Positions 1-12,257 of a stretch of DNA of 64,000 nucleotides are shown here, piece by piece; position 1 is the first letter of the stretch; each line of letters begins with the position of its first letter. The translations under genes were made by a program, and so were the position numbers. The notes below the pieces were generated by a model. The model was not told the origin of the DNA. It worked only from the letters and a program-made list of their open reading frames with translations, and made no database searches. Where the stretch lies: NCBI GenBank assembly GCA_002189035.1, contig NEEC01000017.1:1-64000 (forward strand). The letters are read 5' to 3'. The DNA comes from Utricularia gibba. Its lineage: Eukaryota; Plantae; Magnoliophyta.

Positions 1-3000
1 GGTGCTCCAGGAAAGATATGCAGGGTTTCGATGGTATTCCAGCCATCTCGTGAAGCTCGAAATGAAGGGGAGCGAATGATCGATGCTGTTAGAAACATGC
101 ATGGAGCCTCCTGCTGTGGAGTGAAGACGCATGATGTTGCGTGTGCTTGCATTACCTGCGTGGTTCGAGGTGCATGTAGGAGGCGCGTCATCGGGACCAC
201 CATCCACTCCACCTACAAGGAGAACCGAGCATACGTCAGAGGAGGTGGTGGTTACGTTTTGCATGTAGAGTATGCCACTTCCAACGCCATGCTCATTGAT
301 GGTGCTCCAGGGTAGACCGAGGTCGGGCTGGTTGCTGCGTCGTTAGGTTGCCTCGTGATGTGTGTTCTGTTTCAAATCTCCATAATCTGCTGCGTGCTCC
401 ACATCTTTCCATGAAGTGAAGGAGGACACAAACGTATCTCCTCTCGTGAGGAAATACAAGCGGAACAACCCGAGTGCACCACAATGAAGTGAACCTCGAA
501 GAAGGACATTCCGGTCTGAAGACAAACCGCAAGAAGCACACAAATACACGATTTTAAGTCACAGAGAAGGAGTGGCAACACTCACATCTATCCACGCCCC
601 TTTTCTGCGACGGATGGGGACTTCTCGTGTTCTGCATACAAACATAAGCTACTCAACTTCTTTAAATCCATGTAGCAAAAAGTGAGCTCGGGGACTGTCG
701 ATTCCCGTCAGCAGCCTGTCAAGATAGCATTGATATGCTGGCTATCGAGGGTGGCACTATCCACGGAGCTTGGAATGAATATCGTCACGTAGATTCACCT
801 GAAGGCTTGCGTGTGAACCCGGCACCTGGTTCATACCCATGGGAAATTATACAAGGACAGCTTTTATAGCTTTTTGTGCACAAGCGGTACCCCCCGCTTC
901 ATGCTTATTGCAAACTACTGTTCGCCACCCTGTATCCTTGTGAAACTGCGCAAACACGCTACACCCATCGACGCACATAATGGTGGAGCAACACAAGTCA
1001 CACGTACTGCTGCTCCAATTCCAAATTTCGTGAGCCTATTTGAACGGTCTTCCTTGATGCCCAATTCTTTTCCAAACAACTTCTTTTCTCCTCGAATGCG
1101 ATTGCGGCGCGGTAACTACGCCATTGGACGTGCTCTCCCTTGCCATCATTGCGAATCCATGTGCTGAGTTTCAAGAGCCATGCGCTCCTGAAAACGAGCT
1201 ACCGTAGAAAGCTCGTTTTTTCGAGGTACGGAGACACTCCGCAGGGGATCCAATAGCTGCAAAGGAGGTCGTCACACGGTGCTTGTAGAGAGTTCCTTGG
1301 CAACGACGTCGGTGACCGATGTTGGTGTTTTTTCGTATGCATATCTCCATTCGCGGCATGTGGAGCAAGTTCCATCCGCCCTCCATTCTCAAAGGAGGTG
1401 TTCTAGACACCGCGCCCTTTTGGAGGGTTTCTCGACTTGTTCGTCTTTTTTTCTTACTCCCATGGCTAATTGACTGCATTCCAACCCTTGGACTCGCAGA
1501 AACCTCATGCGGATGAACGCTCCTTCGAACCACCGGACATGTAGGCGCACCTTGCATTCTACAGCTTGAATGGTTCTACACAGCTACACGATTGTGAAAA
1601 CGACGTTCACAACGCCGCGATCCAGGATCGATGACTTTGGGCGCAACCCTGGTCGCGTATGCGTACCACCGTTTGTTGCTCCAAGGATCCCTTTGCGTGT
1701 GCCCCTCATGTTGGAATGCTGGTACGGCCTTCGAGAACCGATTTCTGTAGTTTTTTGCAGCCTCTCTGCTACGAACTTTTGGATTCAATTTTGGGATCGC
1801 AAATAGTGATAACATTGGAATGCGAATTCGCCTCATACTTCCCTTTCATCATGTCCCAACTCACGTTCCCTGAGTTCCTGCTGGTGAGCTCGTTCGGATT
1901 GTTATGCAATGCCTTTTAGAGAGAATGGTTTCCGCAAAGCGTGACCTTCTGTTGGCGAGTGTTGGCTTCCTTTGCTGCATGTTAAGCGGATCGTCGCCTT
2001 CGAGCCCACTCTGGGAAAACAAGTTGAGACGAAGAATGGCCATGACGCGGATGTCCTAAGAAAATAGGAGCTTTGTCGCACTTGGGCGGGTGCTCCAGGA
2101 AAGATATGCAGGGTTTCGATGGTATTCCAGCCATCTCGTGAAGCTCGAAATGAAGGGGAGCGAATGATCGATGCTGTTAGAAACATGCATGGAGCCTCCT
2201 GCTGTGGAGTGAAGACGCATGATGTTGCGTGTGCTTGCATTACCTGCGTGGTTCGAGGTGCATGTAGGAGGCGCGTCATCGGGACCACCATCCACTCCAC
2301 CTACAAGGAGAACCGAGCATACGTCAGAGGAGGTGGTGGTTACGTTTTGCATGTAGAGTATGCCACTTCCAACGCCATGCTCATTGATGGTGCTCCAGGT
2401 AGACCGAGGTCGGGCTGGTTGCTGCGTCGTTAGGTTGCCTCGTGATGTGTGTTCTGTTTCAAATCTCCATAATCTGCTGCGTGCTCCCACATCTTTCCAT
2501 GAAGTGAAGGAGGACACAAACGTATCTCCTCTCGTGAGGAAATACAAGCGGAACAACCCGAGTGCACCACAATGAAGTGAACCTCGAAGAAGGACATTCC
2601 GGTCTGAAGACAAACCGCAAGAAGCACACAAATACACGATTTTAAGGTCACAGAGAAGGGAGTGGCAACACTCACATCTATCCACGCCCCTTTTCTGCGA
2701 CGGATGGGGACTTCTCGTGTTCTGCATACAAACATAAGCTACTCAACTTCTTTAAATCCATGTAGCAAAAAGTGAGCTCGGGACTGTCGATTCCCGTCAG
2801 CAGCCTGTCAAGATAGCATTGATATGCTGGCTATCGAGGTGGCACTATCCAACGGAGCTTGGAATGAATATCGTCACGTAGATTCACCTGAAGGCTTGCG
2901 TGTGAACCCGGCACCTGGTTCATACCCATGGGAAATTATACAAGGACAGCTTTTATAGCTTTTTGTGCACAAGCGTACCCCCCGCTTCATGCTTATTGCA

Positions 3001-6000
3001 ACTACTGTTCGCCACCCTGTATCCTTGTGAAACTGCGCAAACACGCTACACCCATCGACGCACATAATGGTGGAGCAACACAAGTCACACACTGCTGCTC
3101 CAATTCCAAATTTCGTGAGCCTATTTGAACGGTCTTTCCTTGATGCCCAATTCTTTTCCAAACAACTTCTTTTCTCCTCGAATGCGATTGCGGCGCGGTA
3201 ACTACGCCATTGGACGTGCTCTCCCTTGCCATCATTGCGAATCCATGTGCTGAGTTTCAAGCCATGCGCTCCTGAAAACGAGCTACCGTAGAAAGCTCGT
3301 TTTTTCGAGGTACGGAGACACTCCGCAGGGGGATCCAATAGCTGCAAAGGAGGTCGTCACACGGTGCTTGTAGAGAGTTCCTTGGCAACGACGTCGGTGA
3401 CCCGATGTTGGTGTTTTTTCGTATGCATATCTCCATTCGCGGCATGTGGAGCAAGTTCCATCCGCCCTCCATTCTCAAAGGAGGTGTTCTAGACACCGCG
3501 CCCTTTTGGAGGGTTTCTCGACTTGTTCGTCTTTTTTTCTTACTCCCATGGCTAATTGACTGCATTCCAACCCTTGGACTCGCAGAAACCTCATGCGGAT
3601 GAACGCTCCTTCGAACCACCGGACATGTAGGCGCACCTTGCATTCTACAGCTTGAATGGTTCTACACAGCTACACGATTGTGAAAACGACGTTCACAACG
3701 CCGCGATCCAGGATCGATGACTTGGGCGCAACCCTGGTCGCGTATGCGTACCACCGTTTGTTGCTCCAAGGATCCCTTTGCGTGTGCCCCTCATGTTGGA
3801 ATGCTGGTACGGCCTTCGAGAACCGATTTCTGTAGTTTTTTGCAGCCTCTCTGCTACGAACTTTTGGATTCAATTTTGGGATCGCAAATAGTGATAACAT
3901 TGGAATGCGAATTCGCCTCATACTTCCCTTTCATCATGTCCCAACTCACGTTCCCTGAGTTCCTGCTGGTGAGCTCGTTCGGATTGTTATGCAATGCCTT
4001 TTAGAGAGCATGGTTTCCGCAAAGCGTGACCTTCTGTTGGCGAGTGTTGGCTTCCTTTGCTGCATGTTAGCGGATCGTCGCCTTCGAGCCCACTCTGGGA
4101 AAACAAGTTGAGACGAAGAATGGCCATGACGCGGATGTCCTAAGAAAATAGGAGCTTTGTCGCACTTGGGCGGGTGCTCCAGGAAAGATATGCAGGGTTT
4201 CGATGGTATTCCAGCCATCTCGTGAAGCTCGAAATGAAGGGAGCGAATGATCGATGCTGTTAGAAACATGCATGGAGCCTCCTGCTGTGGAGTGAAGACG
4301 CATGATGTTGCGTGTGCTTGCATTACCTGCGTGGTTCGAGGTGCATGTAGGAGGCGCGTCATCGGGACCACCATCCACTCCACCTACAAGGAGAACCGAG
4401 CATACGTCAGAGGAGGTGGTGGTTACGTTTTGCATGTAGAGTATGCCACTTCCAACGCCATGCTCATTGATGGTGCTCCAGGTAGACCGAGGTCGGGCTG
4501 GTTGCTGCGTCGTTAGGTTGCCTCGTGATGTGTGTTCTGTTTCAAATCTCCATAATCTGCTGCGTGCTCCCACATCTTTCCATGAAGTGAAGGAGGACAC
4601 AAACGTATCTCCTCTCGTGAGGAAATACAAGCGGAACAACCCGAGTGCACCACAATGAAGTGAACCTCGAAGAAGGACATTCCGGTCTGAAGACAAACCG
4701 CAAGAAGCACACAAATATACGATTTTAAGGTCATAGAGAAGGGAGTAGCAACACTCACATCTATCCACGCCCCTTTTCTGCGACGGATGGGGACTTCTCG
4801 TGTTCTGCATACAAACATAAGCTACTCAACTTCTTTAAATCCATGTAGCAAAAAGTGAGCTCGGGACTGTCGATTCCCGTCAGCAGCCTGTCAAGATAGC
4901 ATTGATATGCTGGCTATCGAGGGTGGCACTATCCAACGGAGCTTGGAATGAATATCGTCACGTAGATTCACCTGAAGGCTTGCGTGTGAACCCGGCACCT
5001 GGTTCGTACCCATGGGGAAATTATACAAGGACAGCTTTTATAGCTTTTTGTGCACAAGCGGTACCCCCCGCTTCATGCTTATTGCAAGCTACTGTTCGCC
5101 ACCCTGTATCCTTGTGAAACTGCGCAAACACGCTACACCCATCGACGCACATAATGGGGGAGCAACACAAGTCACACGTACTGCTGCTCCAATTCCAAAT
5201 TTCGTGAGCCTATTTGAACGGTCTTCCTTGATGCCCAATTCTTTTCCAAACAACTTCTTTTCTCCTCGAATGCGATTGCGGCGCGGTAACTACGCCATTG
5301 ACGTGCTCTCCCTTGCCATCATTGCGAATCCATGTGCTGAGTTTTAAGAGCCATGCGCTCCTGAAAACGAGCTACCGTAGAAAGCTCGTTTTTTCGAGGT
5401 ACGAGACACTCCGCAGGGGATCCAATAGCTGCAAAGGAGGTCGTCACACGGTGCTTGTAGAGAGTTCCTTGGCAACGACGTCGGTGACCCGATGTTGGTG
5501 TTTTTTCGTATGCATATCTCCATTCGCGGCATGTGGAGCAAGTTCCATCCGCCCTCCATTCTCAAAGGAGGTGTTCTAGACACCGCGCCCTTTTGGAGGG
5601 TTTCTCGACTTGTTCGTCTTTTTTTCTTACTCCCATGGCTAATTGACTGCATTCCAACCCTTGGACTCGCAAAACCTCATGCGGATGAACGCTCCTTCGA
5701 ACCACCGGACATGTAGGCGCACCTTGCATTCTACAGCTTGAATGGTTCTACACAGCTACACGATTGTGAAAACGACGTTCACAACGCCGCGATCCAGGAT
5801 CGATGACTTTGGGCGCAACCCTGGTCGCGTATGCGTACCACCGTTTGTTGCTCCAAGGATCCCTTTGCGTGTGCCCCTCATGTTGGAATGCTGGTACGGC
5901 CTTCGAGAACCGATTTCTGTAGTTTTTTGCAGCCTCTCTGCTACGAACTTTTGGATTCAATTTTGGGATCGCAAATAGTGATAACATTGGAATGCGAATT

Positions 6001-6761
6001 CGCCTCATACTTCCCTTTCATCATGTCCCAACTCACGTTCCCTGAGTTCCTGCTGGTGAGCTCGTTCGGATTGTTATGCAATGCCTTTTAGAGAGCATGG
6101 TTTCCGCAAAGCGTGACCTTCTGTTGGCGAGTGTTGGCTTCCTTTGCTGCATGTTAGCGGATCGTCGCCTTCGAGCCCACTCTGGGAAAACAAGTTGAGA
6201 CGAAGAATGGCCATGACGCGGATGTCCTAAGAAAATAGGAGCTTTGTCGCACTTGGGCGGGTGCTCCAGGAAAGATATGCAGGGTTTCGATGGTATTCCA
6301 GCCATCTCGTGAAGCTCGAAATGAAGGGGAGCGAATGATCGATGCTGTTAGAAACATGCATGGAGCCTCCTGCTGTGGAGTGAAGACGCATGATGTTGCG
6401 TGTGCTTGCATTACCTGCGTGGTTCGAGGTGCATGTAGGAGGCGCGTCATCGGGACCACCATCCACTCCACCTACAAGGAGAACCGAGCATACGTCAGAG
6501 GAGGTGGTGGTTACGTTTTGCATGTAGAGTATGCCACTTCCAACGCCATGCTCATTGATGGTGCTCCAGGTAGACCGAGGTCGGGCTGGTTGCTGCGTCG
6601 TTAGGTTGCCTCGTGATGTGTGTTCTGTTTCAAATCTCCACAATCTGCTGCGTGCTCCCACATCTTTCCATGAAGTGAAGGAGGACACAAACGTATCTCC
6701 TCTCGTGAGGAAATACAAGCGGAACAACCCGAGTGCACCACAATGAAGTGAACCTCGAAGA
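1..6761. repeat. Tandem array of ~2.09-kb monomers (3.2 copies visible, continues beyond the left edge)
   Basis: GGTGCTCCAGGAAAGATATGC recurs at 1, 2089, 4173 and 6260 (periods 2088, 2084, 2087). The ORF track repeats with the same offsets. Units are about 99% identical. The fourth unit breaks off at ~6761. Confidence 0.97.
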
Positions 6762-6821
6762 GGGGAGTAAAACCTGCTGTGAAGATATGCATGGATGTCC
6801 TCTTGCTGTTGTTGAGTTTAC

Positions 6822-7150
6822 AGATTATGCCATAGCTTGGTGTATATAGTAGTACTCAACAGAAGACGAAATGATGAAGAACCAATTCGCACTTGGGCTG
6901 AAATGAAGAGGATCATGAGAAAAAGGTTCATTCCCAGCCACTACCAAAGAGATCAACACCAAAATTTGCAAAAGCTAACCCAAGGGAGCAAAACCGTGGA
7001 AGAATATTGGCAAGAAATGGAGGTGTTAATGATTCGAGCCATTATAATAGAGGATAGGGAAGCTACAATGGCAAGATTCCTCTATGGTTTAAACAAGGAA
7101 ATCTCTCAAGTGGTCGAGTTGCAACACTATGTGGAGATTGAAGTCATGTT
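6822..7150 (+). pseudogene. gag: CRM1 gag fragment (5' part, interrupted by copia insertion)
   Basis: VEFTDYAIAW, then ORF 6837..7268 with the CRM gag core. Gag resumes at 12258 after the copia (HVAIKIENQLK). Confidence 0.88.
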
Positions 7151-7155
7151 GCATG

Positions 7156-7627
7156 TGATGGGTCCCTCCACATGGGGCCCACACACAAAAAAAGAAAAAA
7201 AAAAGAAGGGAGTTGGTGCACGCCGGTTGGTGTGCCAACCCAAGGTGTGCACTCCCCTCTATAAATAGAGGGGAGCTCTCTCTCACAATACAGACACACA
7301 CAAGAGTCGAAGAACTCTCGAGCCTATTAGGTGTTTTGAGTGAGTTTTCGGTTTCCGAGGGTAGAATAGGGAAAGAAGAAAGATAGTATTCTTTACTATT
7401 CGTGTTTCTTGCCCGGTAGAGTTTTCGGGGAGAGGGTAGAAAGAGAGGGTAAAACCCGATAGTTTACCGAGGTAAATCTCTTTGTATTCACTGTGGTAAA
7501 TAGTGAATTTTTCTCGAAGTTGAGTGTGGACGTAGCCCTTATTTTGGGGTGAACCACGTTAAATCTCGGTGCCTTTTTCTTGATTTTTGCGGTCAATTTT
7601 ATTGTCAGATATCGACTACGCGCAAGA
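7156..7627 (+). repeat. 5' LTR of Tork copia (472 bp)
   Basis: Direct repeat of 11785-12257 with about 14 substitutions. TATA-like CTATAAATAG. The terminal CA is mutated to GA. Confidence 0.95.
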
Positions 7628-7629
7628 AG

Positions 7630-7641
7630 TGGTATCAGAGC
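7630..7641 (+). promoter_or_regulatory. Primer-binding site (tRNA-iMet) of Tork copia
   Basis: TGGTATCAGAGC, 2 nt after the LTR end. Confidence 0.93.
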
Positions 7642-7780
7642 TAGGGTTGTCTATGTAATTGCTATCTTATCGTATGCTCTGTGGCCGCCACTAAGTGGAT
7701 TTCCAACATCAGAAAATAAGTTAGTATATTGCACATTCTCCTAGTCGGTATCAGGGACCATAGAGGTCAAGACCGGCAGT

Positions 7781-10700
7781 ATGATCAAGCTGAATGGGAC
7801 GAATTATCTCTTGTGGAAGTGCAAGATGAAGGATTTGCTTTTCGTAACGAAAATGCATCTACTGGTGTTTAGTGAGACTAAACCAGATGTGAAGACTGAT
7901 GAAGAATAGGATTTCGAGCATCAGCAATCCTGCGGTTTTATCCGACAGTTTGTCAAATAAAATGTGTATCAGCATGTTGCTGAAGAGACACATGCAAGGA
8001 GCTTGTGGTTCAAGCTGGAAAATCTGTACGCTTCCAAGATGGGAGGAAACAGATTGTTTTATGTCACGAAGTTGATTACTCTGAAGTATAGAGAAGGGAT
8101 TTCCGTAGCGGACCATCTGAATGAAATTCAAGGGGTCGTGTCGCAGTTGGCGACAATGGGTATCTCGTTTGATGGTGATCTATTAGCACTGCTGGTGCTA
8201 GCTACTCTGCCTGAATCTTGGGAGACCCTCAAGATTACGTTGACGAGTTCTCCAAATCTGTCACTTGAGCAAGTCAAAAGTGCGGTTCTCAATGAGGAGA
8301 TGAGGAGAAAGATGCAGAATGCTTCAACCTCTGGGCAACAAGATATCATGGTTGCGGAACCTAGGGGAGAAGTAGGGCTCGTGGGTCTAACCTACGGAGT
8401 GAAAGAAGGGATGGCAAGAGTAGGGAAAGGAACAAGTATACCAATGTGGACTGCCATTTTTGCAAAAAGAAGGGGCACATTAAGAAGAACTACTAGAGCT
8501 TTCAGAAGCGTAGCAGAAGTGAGAAAAAGACGGAGTCTAGAGATGATGACGACACGAATGTCATCAAGGAGTTCAACTTGGCAATTGATGAAAATATCAA
8601 TCAGATCTCCGAAGAGATGTGCTGGGTGGTTGATAGTGGAGCCACTCTTCACGTGACATCAAGAAAGGAGTTATTCTCATCTTATATAGCAGGGGATTTT
8701 GGCAACGTGAAGATGGGAAATGGACAACTGTCGAAGGTTGTAGGTAAAGGAGATATTTGCCTATGCACGAACAAGGGAATGAAGTAAACCCTGAGAGATG
8801 TTAAGCATGTGCCAGACATGCGATTGAATCTTATCTCGGTTCACTGTCTCGATTGTGAAGGTTATGCCATGAACTTCAACGATGGCCAGTGGAAGATGAC
8901 TAAGGGTTCATTGGTCGTAGCCACTGGAGAGAAGCTGAATAAGCTGTATGTGACACAAGCTAGCATTTGTGTTGATGTTGCTAGTGTTGCTGAGAAAGGA
9001 ATTCCTATGGATGTGTGGCACAGACGCCTTTTCCATATGGGTGAAAAAGACATGGAGACTTTGACGAGAAAGAAGGTGTTGGCTGGGCTCCTCGATCAAA
9101 ATTCGAGGCCATGCAGTGATTGCTTCGTTGGGAAGCAAACGAGGGTGGCATTCAAAAGAAGACCACCAGGTAGAGCCAAAGCGATCTTGGATCTGATTCA
9201 TTCAGATGTTTGCACTCCGAAGATATTTTCGCTTGGTGGAGCTCATTATTTTGTGACCTTCATTGATGATCACTCTCGCAAGACTTGGATCTATCTCATC
9301 AGGACGAAAGATCAAGTTTTGGAGAAGTTCAAGCAGTTTGTTGCTATGGTGGAGCGAGAAACTGGTAAGAAGGTGAAGTGCATTCGCACTGATAACGGGG
9401 GAGAGTATCTTGGGCCGTTTGATGGCTATTGCAAAGAGCTAGGAATCCGACATCAGTTTACTATGGCAAAAACACCGCAATTGAATGGTTTGGCAGAAAG
9501 GATGAACAGGACTTTGATGGAAAGAGTGAGATGTCTTATTTCGCACTCAAAGTTGCCTCAAATGTTTTGGGGAGAAGCTATTCTAACAGCAGCATATGTT
9601 CTGAATCTTTCGCCATGTGTGCCGTTGGGACATGAAGTACCAGAGAAGGATTGGTCTGGAAAAGAGATCTCTTATGATCATCTGATGGTGTTTGGTTGCA
9701 AGGCTTTCGTTCACATTCCAAAGGATGAACGATCGAAGTTGGATTCTAAGACACGAGAATGTGTGTTTATTGGTTATGGCCAAGATCAGTTTGGGTTTCG
9801 ATTCTATGATCCTATCTCGAAGAAACTCATTAGGAGCCGAGATGCTATCTTTGTTGAGGAAGAGACCATCAAAGATATTGGGAAACCCAAGAATGATGTC
9901 CCTCGAAGTAATGAAGACTCGACGGATGTTCGACTGATACCTCCTATGATGGTGCCTGAAAATGAAGGAGGTGAAGTTGATGATCATGTTCCGGAAGTTC
10001 CCCATGATCATGAAGAACCAGAGGTTGCTGGTAATGGAGATGGTGTGGTTCAACAACCATCAAGTTCCATTGGAGGTTCCCCTATGCGCACAAGATCGGG
10101 AAGGACTGTGCGGCGCCCTGCTAGATTTTCATCAAATGAGTTTGTTATGCCTACTGATGAGGGAGAACCTGAGAGCTTCCAGGAGGCTATGGAAAGCCGA
10201 GATAAAAGTCTTTGGATGGAAGCTGCTGAAGAGGAGATAAGGTCCTTGAATGAAAACAAAACATTTCAACTGGTGAAGTTGCCTGAAGGCAAAAAGGCAC
10301 TAAGGTGCAAGTGGGTTTTCAGAATAGCTCGAAACCCATTTCAAGTGGGTTTTCAAAAAGGCACTAAGGTGCCTGAAAATAGCTCGAAACCTCGATACAA
10401 GGCTAGGCTGGTGGTGAAGGGTTTCAACCAGCGGAGGGGCATCGATTATGATGAGATATTTGCACCAGTTGTGAAGATGACATCCATCCGGACAGTGTTG
10501 GGGTTGGCAGCAAGTCTCAACTTGGAAGTTGAGCAAATGGATGTCAAGACGGTGTTCTTACATGGTGATCTAGAGGAAGAGATCTACATGGAACAACCAG
10601 AAGGTTTTGTTGAAAATGGAAAAGAGGGATAAGTCTGCAAGTTGCAGAAAAGCCTGTATGGATTGAAACAGACACCGAGACAGTGGTATAGAAAGTTTGA

Positions 10701-11787
10701 CTCAGTCATGGAGAAGCATGGCTTCAAGAAGACGAGTGCTGACCACTGTGTGTTCTTTAAGAGGTTCACGGATGATGACTTTGTGATTCTATTGCTCTAT
10801 GTTGACGACATGCTGATTGTTGGACAGAATACTTCAAGAATTGCAAGCTTGAAGAAGGAGTTGAGTAAGTGTTTCTCGATGAAAGACTTGGGGCCAGCAA
10901 AGCAGATTCTTGGCATGAAGATTATCAGGAATAGAGATGCTAAGAAGATATGGTTATCGCAAGAACAATACATTGAGAAGATTCTTGAGAGATTAAACAT
11001 GAAGGACGTCAATGCGGTTAGCTGCCCTCTTGCTAATCATTTTCAGTTGAGCAAGAAGCAATGTCCATCGACTGAGGAAGAACGGAAAGCGATGATGAGT
11101 GTTCCCTAGTCATCAGCTGTTGGGAGCTTGATGTATGCCATCGTATGTACTCGACCGGATATTGCTCATGCTGTTGGAGTTGTGAGCAGGTTTCTGTCTG
11201 ATCCAGGGAAGGATCATTGGTCTGCTGTGAAGTGAATTTTCAGATATCTAAGGGGATCTTCAAGCATGTGTTTATGCTTTGGAAGTGAGGAGCCTGTGTT
11301 GAAAGGATACATAGATGCTGATTTAGCTGGTGATGTTGATGGTCGAAAATCAACATCAGGATATCTGATTACATTTGCAGGGGGAGCTGTGTCTTGGCAG
11401 TCAAGACTGCAAAAGTGTGTTGCTCTATCTTCAACTGAAGCAGAATATATTGCAGTTACTGAGGCTTGTAAGGAACTGCTGTGGATGAAGAAGTTCTTGG
11501 GAGAACTTGGTGTGAAGCAAAGGAAGTACGAGTTATTTTGTGATAGTCAGAGTGCTATCCATCTAGCGAAGAATGCTTCTTTTCACTCGAGATCGAAGCA
11601 TATTGATCAGCGCTATCACTGGATCAGGGATGTCTTAGAGGAAAAGCACTTGTGCCTGGAGAAGATTCATACTGAAGAAAATGGTTCAGATATGATGACA
11701 AAGATACTTCCGAAGGAAAGCTTCGAATTCTGCAGAAGAGTGGTTGGGTTGACCAGCTCGCCCACGTGTCGGGAGGGGGAGAATTGA
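7781..11787 (+). pseudogene. pol: Copia gag-pol polyprotein with stops and frameshifts
   Basis: MIKLNGTNYLLWKCKMKDLL gag start; protease WVVDSGATLHV; GAG-pre-integrase and integrase (LDLIHSDVC, IRTDNGGEY); RT (YKARLVVKG, LLYVDDML); RNase H (GYIDADLAGD, KHIDQRYHWIRD). In-frame stops at e.g. 8785, 10630 and 11107. Confidence 0.93.
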
Positions 11788-12257
11788 TGGGTCCCTCCAT
11801 ATGGGGCCCACACACAAAAAAAAGAAAAAAAAAGAAGGGAGTTGGTGCACGCGGGTTGGTGTGCCAACCCAAGGTGTGCACTCCCCTCTATAAATAGAGG
11901 GGAGCTCTCTCTCACAATACACACACACACAAGAGTTGAAGAACTCTCGAGCCTATTAGGTGTTTTGAGTGAGTTTTCGGTTTCCGAGGGTAGAATAGGG
12001 AAAGAAGAAAGATAGTATTCTTTACTATTCGTGTTTCTTGCCCGGTAGAGTTTTCAGGGAGAGGGTAGAAAGAGAGGGTAAAACCCGGTAGTTTACCGAG
12101 GTAAATCTCTTTTGTATTTACTGTGGTAAATAGTGAATTTTTCTCGGAGTTGAGTGTGGACGTAGTCCTTATTGTGGGGTGAACCACGTTAAATCTCAGT
12201 GTCTTTTTCTTGATTTTTGCGGTCAATTTTATTGTCTGATATCGACTACGCGCAACA
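11785..12257 (+). repeat. 3' LTR of Tork copia (473 bp)
   Basis: TGATGGG...CAACA, preceded by the PPT and followed by the TSD. Confidence 0.95.

Larger units (their letters stand above)
7156..12257 (+). mobile_element. Full-length Ty1/copia retrotransposon, Tork (Tnt1-like) lineage, with disrupted ORF
   Basis: LTRs 7156-7627 and 11785-12257; 5-bp TSD GCATG (7151-7155, 12258-12262); PBS TGGTATCAGAGC 7630-7641; PPT GGGAGGGGGAGAAT 11771-11784; domain order gag-PR-INT-RT-RH. Confidence 0.96.

Noticed and set aside
610-635. GGATGGGGACTTCTCGTGTT resembles the 3' end of 5S rRNA
   Set aside because: Needs a ~10-nt gap and the rest of the 120-nt gene is absent; chance-level match.
2480-2495. CTCCCACATC resembles the plant snRNA upstream sequence element
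   Set aside because: No TATA box at the required spacing and no snRNA sequence downstream.
2056-2727. 223-aa minus-strand ORF (MQNTRSPHPS...) repeated in each monomer and partly open in the old copy at 27131-27571
   Set aside because: No recognisable domain. Differences from the old copy are mostly non-synonymous and it ends in a frameshift, so there is no sign of purifying selection. Recurrence is explained by the repeat itself.
1-6761. Many single-base indels between array units
   Set aside because: Nearly all are +/-1 changes in homopolymers, typical of long-read consensus error in repeats. Not used as biological variation. True copy number may also be misrepresented.
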